64,000 nucleotides of DNA from Candidatus Marinacidobacterales bacterium (GTDB taxonomy: Bacteria > Acidobacteriota > Vicinamibacteria > Marinacidobacterales > DATDRI01): positions 5,600,001 to 5,664,000 of the forward strand of contig CBDCNP010000002.1 of NCBI GenBank assembly GCA_965219415.1, in the 5' to 3' direction. A program made the translations under genes and the position numbers. How positions within the stretch are numbered: the first letter of the stretch is position 1; each line of letters opens with the position of its first letter. Positions 55,843 to 64,000 of the stretch are shown here, one piece after another. The notes under the pieces are model-generated. The model was given only the letters and a program-made list of their open reading frames with translations, searched no databases and was not told the DNA's origin.

Positions 55843-56209
55843 ATTGCTCGCACTCGCGAGCTACTCCCACGCAGTGTATCTCCAAGGTCGCAGCACGCGC
55901 CTGCGACCACTCACCTCCCGAACGGGCAGCTCACGAGGCTCCCCGTAAGTGAAAAGGGGGTGCTGGGGGTCGGGTCACGTCGAGAAAACGTCTCCTGGGG
56001 CAAATGAGAGCGTCGGTTTCGAGCCCAACCGCCAATTCCGAGATATCCGATGAAATCGGGCTCGCGCACCGATCCTCCTGAGCCGATGCCGTCCACCGTC
56101 GCCGAACGTACTTCGCAGCGCGCTCCGCTCTCGCTCCGGATTTCACTTTGGGCGGGACCGCTTCGTGGCCCCTTCGCGGTCGTCGCTCTCGCTGAAACGT
56201 CGTTCTCAT

Positions 56210-56788
56210 TGTCAGAGCCGGACACAACATTCAGGTTACTCCCGGGCCGGTCAGCCGCGGCAGCTTCCATAGGACATCGGCGCGGATGAAAAAACACGAG
56301 GGGGAGGAGAAAGAGGTTGTTGGTGAACTATCCGGAAACATTCAAGGAGAAGATGGTACTGAGGATGAGCGAGCCGGGCGGAATCAGCGCGAACGCGTTG
56401 TCGGAGGAAGTAGGAGTTTCTCAGACATCGCTTTCGAAGTGGCTTCGAGACGCAGCTGGGGTTGAGCCTGTGGCGAAGAGGGTGAACGGCAAATCCATCA
56501 AGGCGAAGGTCGGAAAGCGTCCGCAAGACTGGACGGCTGCGGAAAAGCTAGAAGCGGTTCTGGAATCGGCCTCGTTGTCCGAGCAGGAGCTCGGTGAGTA
56601 CCTTCGCCGCAAGGGATTACACGAAGCTCAGCTAGAGCAATGGCGGCGCCGGGTCACGGAGGCGTTTATGGAAGCGCTGCAGAGCAAGAGCTCGCGGAAG
56701 AAAGCGTCCGTGGGAGGCGAAACGTGTGCGAGCGCTCGAGCGGGAGCTGCGCCGTAAGGAAAAGGCCCTGGCCGAGACGGCGGTGTTA
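56210..56788 (+). mobile_element. IS3-family element d, 5' fragment
   Basis: orfA encodes YPETFKEKMV...KRPQDWTAAEKL...YLRRKGL; left boundary approximate. Confidence 0.75.
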
Positions 56789-57584
56789 ACCGCAACGCGT
56801 CCGCCAGATGCTGGCGGGCGATCCCCACCAGCGTGAACAGCCCGTCGGTGAAGCGGGGGTCATTTTGCCCCGCGGACAGGGAGCGCAGCTCGAACCCGGC
56901 TTCAAGGAAGATGTCCCGCGGCAGCCAGCACGCCCCGCGCTGCCGGTCGTCCCATACATCCTTGAGGATGTTGGTCATCTGCAGCCCTTGGCCGAAGAAG
57001 ACTGCCAGCGGGAGCAGTTCGTTGCGACGTTCGTTGATTTCGGCGGAGTAGTCGCAGAACAGCTCGGTGAGCATCTCGCCGACCACGCCGGCGACGTGGT
57101 AGCAATAGCGATCGAGGTGGGGCAGGTCGTTCAAGCCGGCGGCTGTCACGTGCTGCTGAAACTCCGCCATGCCGTGCGCCATGATCCGCACGCAGCGTTC
57201 GAGCGCGCCTCGTTGGGCAGCACGAAACCCGTTTGTGATGCGGATGACCCGGGCGGTGTTGGCGATCAGGTCATGCTCGCTGGCGGTCGACGACGACGAC
57301 AGCCCCGCGCCGAGCTCGCGCGCGAACGGCTCCGCTGCTTCTCGACCGGCCACGACCTCGACGAAGCGTTCCGCAAACGCCTGCTTCTGCCCGGCGGACA
57401 GCGTGGGCTCGTCCTCAATGGTGTCTGTGATTCGGCACAGGAGATAGGCATTGCCCACCACGTCACGGAGAGCGCCTGGAAGCTGCGGAATCGTGAGCGC
57501 AAAGGTGCGGGACACGCCTTGCAGGATCGCAGCCTGGTAGGCGAGGTCGCCCTTCGTCGACACGTTCGAGGAGGACGCCGTCAT
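56789..57584 (-). pseudogene. Squalene synthase duplicate, 3'-truncated
   Basis: Matches 45810-46605 and stops at ADALR. Confidence 0.9.
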
Positions 57585-57787
57585 CCTGACGCGTGTCCCA
57601 TTTTCTCTTCGCCTAATGGAAGTTATATGGACTTCACCGTGGGGCTGTCAAGCGGGGCCGGGCGCTTCCGGCAAGGCCTTCGTCCGGGCCCTGGGTGGTT
57701 GACATCGGTCCGCTAGGCAGGCACTCTCTGCGATGAGGCTCGCGGTGTTGTACAGCTACGAAGCCAAAGAGGGAGCGGTCGTTCAAA

Positions 57788-58180
57788 GTGAGAACGATGC
57801 AAGTCATTCTAGCGCAACCGCGCGGGTTTTGTGCCGGTGTCGAGCGCGCCATCGAGATCGTCGAAGCGGCGCTGCAACAGTACGGGCCCCCAATCTATGT
57901 GCGGCACGAAATCGTCCATAATCTTCGGGTCGTGGAAAACCTGAAGGCGAAAGGCGTACGCTTCGTCGAACAGATCGATCAGATTCCCAATGGGGCCATC
58001 ACGGTGTTCAGCGCCCACGGCGTGTCGGAGAAGGTCGAGCAGGACGCGTTGGTGCGCGGCCTGCGTCCGCTGGATGCCACCTGCCCGCTGGTCTCCAAGG
58101 TGCACATAGAGGGCCGGCGCTACGCGGCCAACGGCTACGACATCATCCTGATCGGCCACGAGAACCACCCCGAGGTGGAA
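57788..58180 (+). pseudogene. ispH: ispH duplicate, 3'-truncated
   Basis: Matches the 5' part of 44659-45606 with a few SNPs; breaks after HPEVE. Confidence 0.9.
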
Positions 58181-58255
58181 GACATCGGTCCGCTAGGCGG
58201 GCATTCTCTTGCGATGAGGCTCGCGGTGTTGTACAGCTACGAAGCCAAAGAGGGA

Positions 58256-59166
58256 AGCTGACCTCGAATCCGGATGTGGCAAACGCCATGAAGCCTGCCG
58301 ACAGGACCACGGTCGTCGTAAGCAACGCCTGGCCGACGGTGTGAAAAGCGGAACGCACGGCCTCGGCCGCCGAGAGGCCCTCGCGCCTGGCCTTCAGATA
58401 CTTGCTCAAGAAATGAATCGTGTCGTCCACGATAATTCCGAAGACGATGGCGACGACCACCGAAGAGGCAATACCCACGTGACCCACGAGATAGCCCCAC
58501 AGGCCAAAGCTCATGATGGCCGGGATGAAATTCGGCACAAGACTGAGCAGGCCGATCCGAATGCTCCGGAAAATGAAAATCAGGATGAACGAAATAAGAA
58601 CCATGGCAGAGATCGTGCCGCCCAGCATGCTGTCGATGCTTCGCTGCGAGACGTGAGCGGACATGATGCTGAGGCCCGATGCCCCGGCCGAAAAACCGGG
58701 CGCATTGGCACGGATCCAGACCTGCGCGCGCTCATCGAGCTCACGCAGCTCCCTGGACCATGAGCTGCTGGTCGAGACGACCAGGCGCGTCGCGGACTTG
58801 GCGACGTCGATACGGTCGTTGAGATCGGCGCCGAACGGGAGCGAAAGCTCGTAGAGCAACAGATACTGCGCCGCGAGGTCCCCGTCTTCAGGCAGGCGAT
58901 GGAAGGCCGGATCGTCGCCGTGCATGTTCTTGTTGAGACGCTTCATGATGTCCGGAAAAGACTGGACGTAGGTTACTTCGGGCTGCTCCCGGAACCATTC
59001 GGCCAGCGCATCGACCGTGCGCAGATACCCGGGATCGGTAATGCCGCCTTCGCGCCCGGCGTCCAGCGAATATTCCAGCCTGTCCAGGCTCGTCAGGTTC
59101 TCGGCGACGTAATCCGAATCACGCCGGAACTCGTAACGTTCATCGAAGTACTGTGTCAGGTTGTCG
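58256..59166 (-). pseudogene. MMPL internal duplicate (about 17629-18540)
   Basis: Near-identical to copy 1; in frame with the ATG inside the MITE TIR. Confidence 0.9.
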
Positions 59167-59333
59167 GGTGCTTCCGCCATTAAGTGTTGGTGAGATGAAC
59201 TCTAAGACTTTACGGTGCATTAAGTTCCAGCCAAAATAGCGCTCGTGACCTTCGCTGCGCGCTAAATAGAGCGTAAGCGACTCTTTTGCAACGGGATACG
59301 TACACATCACCAACAGTAAACAGCGCAAGCACC
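59167..59333 (-). mobile_element. ~166-bp IS1-derived MITE, copy 5
   Basis: Reverse-complement homolog of the other copies. Confidence 0.9.
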
Positions 59334-59424
59334 CCATCGGGAAGCCGCATGAGTATTTTGACCTCACGCCTTGGAAAGGTGCAAACTGCTGACCCGCTGG
59401 GCGTTCGAGTATTTGGACTAGACG
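59334..59424 (-). mobile_element. Stacked rve-type end stubs (types F and H)
   Basis: Match 47618-47670 and 22130-22167. Confidence 0.7.
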
Positions 59425-59437
59425 CGAGAGAAAGAGG

Positions 59438-60121
59438 TCAAGATTCTATCTGAATATTGGCGTTGCTCGGGTTACAGCATTCCGAGTCCCGCACACAGCG
59501 ACAACCACCGACCGCTAGGAGAGCGCCGAGCACCGGAGCCGTGAGATAGATCCAGAGAGCTTGGACGTGTCCACTCACCAGCGCGGGTCCGAGGGAGCGC
59601 GCCGGATTCATCGACGCACCCGAGACGGGTCCCCCGAAGAGAGACCCTAGGGCGACGGCTCCACCTACGGCGACTCCTGCCAATAGGCCCTTCTCTTTTT
59701 CGCCGGTGGAAACGCCGAGAATCACGAACATCAGAATGGATGTGAGGAGCACCTCGAGAACGAAAGACTGCGAAGCCCGACCAGCGGGAATTGTCGCGCC
59801 GAGGGTCTGGCTCTCCAGAAACAACGCACGAACGATGAGGCTGGCAGCGAGGGCACCTGCGGACTGACTAACGACGTAGGGCGCAACCTCACGGCGCGAC
59901 ATTCGCCCCGAGGCCCAGAACCCTAGTGTCACGGCGGGGTTCAAATGCGCACCGGAAACGTCCCCCACCGAATAGATCATTGCCATGACCACCAGACCGA
60001 ACGTGAGGGCCACGCCTACGTGGGAAATAACTCCCCCGTTGAGCTCGTTAATGACGATGGCGGCGGTGCCAGCGAACACGAGCGCAAAGGTACCAATGGA
60101 TTCAGCCAGATAGCGTTTCAT
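59438..60121 (-). CDS. MIP-family aquaporin/aquaglyceroporin
   Basis: HLNPAVT and SMNPARS NPA boxes; six TM helices; Cys-rich tail. Confidence 0.93.
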   Translation of the reverse strand: MKRYLAESIGTFALVFAGTAAIVINELNGGVISHVGVALTFGLVVMAMIYSVGDVSGAHLNPAVTLGFWASGRMSRREVAPYVVSQSAGALAASLIVRALFLESQTLGATIPAGRASQSFVLEVLLTSILMFVILGVSTGEKEKGLLAGVAVGGAVALGSLFGGPVSGASMNPARSLGPALVSGHVQALWIYLTAPVLGALLAVGGCRCVRDSECCNPSNANIQIES

Positions 60122-60130
60122 GGGGGCCCG

Positions 60131-60139
60131 ATTATAACA
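60131..60139 (-). promoter_or_regulatory. Extended -10 promoter of the aquaporin (near-leaderless)
   Basis: TGTTATAAT 9 bp upstream of the ATG; no RBS. Confidence 0.6.
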
Positions 60140-60217
60140 GCTAGGCGGAAGTCGCTACGGTGAGTCGCGCGAGATGATCCGCGGTATGCTCCTGACCGAT
60201 CGTCTCGCATCGCCATC

Positions 60218-60250
60218 CCGTCCTGTGCCAAAACTCGGCCTTTTTGAAAT
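60218..60250 (+). mobile_element. Type B left-end stub
   Basis: CCGTCCTGTGCCAAAACTCGGCC terminus, cut by IS3 element c. Confidence 0.8.
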
Positions 60251-60348
60251 TGAACCGCTCCGGGTTTCCCGGAGACTCCACCTCTTGAGAGGATGGAGTC
60301 ATGACAAGACGAAGGAGGTATTCACCGGAGGTAAAAGAGCGCGCAGTG

Positions 60349-61605
60349 TGGGCTTGATCCAGTTTCGTGGACACTTTCTGAAAGGCGGATACGATGTCCA
60401 CAATGGCAAAGACAACGCAGCCCCGGCGACCCCGCCGGGAGTTTGATGACGAGTTTAAGGCAGGCGCGGTCCGGCTGGTGCTTGATGAGGGCCAGAGCGT
60501 GGGTCGGGTGGCCCGGGAGCTTGACCTCACCGAATCGGCGTTTCGCAACTGGGTCCGTCAGGCCCGGGCCGATCGGACGAAGGGCCGGACGGGCTTGACG
60601 GGCGTGGAACGCGAGGAGCTTCGGCGGCTCCGCAAAGAGAATCGGCGGTTGCGGGTGGAGCGCGACGTTTTAAAAAAAGCCGCGGCCTTCTTCGCGAAGG
60701 AGAGCGAGTAAGATTCGCGTTCATCCAGGCGGAGAAGGCCACCGTACCGGTCGTTCACCTGTGTCAGATTCTCAACGTCTCTCGGAGTGGCTTTTATGCC
60801 TGGGTACGTCGGCCGCCGTCGGCCCACGCGCGCCGGGACCGCCAGTTGCGCGTGTTGATTCGTGCCTCCCATGAGGCGAGTCGCCGCACCTATGGGAGTC
60901 CGCGGATTTATCACGACCTGCACGAGCAGGGGTATCGAGTGAGTCGGAAGCGGGTGATTCGGTTGAAACAGGCAGAAGGCCTCATTGCTCGAGTACGCAA
61001 ACGCTTCAAGCGCACGACGGTAAGCGGTCATGGCCAGCCCGTCGCGGCCAATGTGCTCGGGCAAGACTTCGTCGCCGATGCGCCGAACCAACGGTGGGTC
61101 GGGGACACGACCGAGTTCGTGATCGGCAGCGGCGGGAAGCTTTATCTCGCGGCGCTCCTCGACCTCTACTCGCGATTCCTCGTTGGATGGGCCGTAAGTG
61201 CTATTAACGACCGTCACCTGGTTATCAAGGCGTTGCGGATGGCACTGAAACGTCGCCAACCGGCCGCGGGGCTCTTGCATCACTCCGATCAGGGCAGTCC
61301 GTATGCCAGCAAAGACTACCAACGTCTCCTTGAGACGCATGGCATGACCGGGAGCATGAGCCGACGGGGCAACTGCTACGACAACGCCGTCATCGAGAGC
61401 TGGTTCTCCACGGTCAAGCACGAGCTTGGGGAGCATTTCCTCAGTTGCGGCGAGGCCAAGATGGCCCTCTTCGACTTCATCGAGGTATTCTACAACCAGA
61501 GACGACGACACTCGACCCTCGGCCAGGTCAGTCCGGCCGAGTTTGAACGACGGATGAGGACTTCGCCAGCTTAACTAAACCGTCTACGAAACCGGATCAA
61601 GCCCA
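60349..61605 (+). mobile_element. IS3-family element a, copy 2
   Basis: Matches 41740-42996; TSD GTG. Confidence 0.95.
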
Positions 61606-61916
61606 GTGGGGATGGTTATCGACCAGCAGGCTGAGCAGGAATCTCAGTGGTCAGCGATCTCATCGATTGCGTCGAAGATTGACTGTACGCGGGAAACGCT
61701 ACGCACGTGGGTGCGTCGAGCAGAGCGTGATGCTGGGAAACGAGCGGGACTGACGACGGACGAGGGTCAGCGGCTGAAGGAGCTTGAGCGAGAGAACCGT
61801 GAGCTAAAGGGGGCGAACGAGATCCTTCTCAAGGCGTCGGCGTTTTTCGCCCAGGCGGAGCTCGACCGCCGACCGAGGTGAATGTGTTGTTCGTGGACGC
61901 GAACCGTGAAAATTAG

Positions 61917-63930
<2,014 letters not shown>

Positions 63931-64000
63931 GCAGCCGAGGCGACTCTTACGATAACGCTTTGGCTGAATCCATCATCGGCCTCTACAAGACCGAGGTGAC

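Overview
GC-rich bacterial accessory region that is saturated with insertion sequences. An Acidobacteria-like RpoD fragment and an Fn3-repeat fragment suggest a marine invertebrate (sponge-type) symbiont; this is inference. Mobile content: three IS256-family copies, two single-ORF IS1-family copies plus IS1-derived MITEs, several IS3-family elements, and about 20 terminal stubs of rve-integrase-type IS. These stubs often bracket cargo genes as inverted pairs. Cargo: (i) an isoprenoid/lipid cluster (LolA-like protein, outer-membrane barrel, MpaB/Lcp-like oxygenase, MMPL transporter, IspH, single-enzyme squalene synthase), partly triplicated with reciprocal truncations and a shared promoter motif; (ii) a partner-switching module (SpoIIE remnant, RsbW-like kinase, two STAS proteins) containing a Tsx/OmpK-like channel and facing a LOG hydrolase and a duplicated sensor-like protein; (iii) a fragmented DUF4062-NACHT gene and a broken type ISP restriction-modification gene; (iv) scattered surface-glycan genes; (v) single genes for a serine hydrolase, an M20 amidohydrolase, an SPFH protein and a Cys-tailed aquaporin. 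No rRNA, tRNA or CRISPR array was seen. Family assignments come from motif recognition by eye, not database searches.
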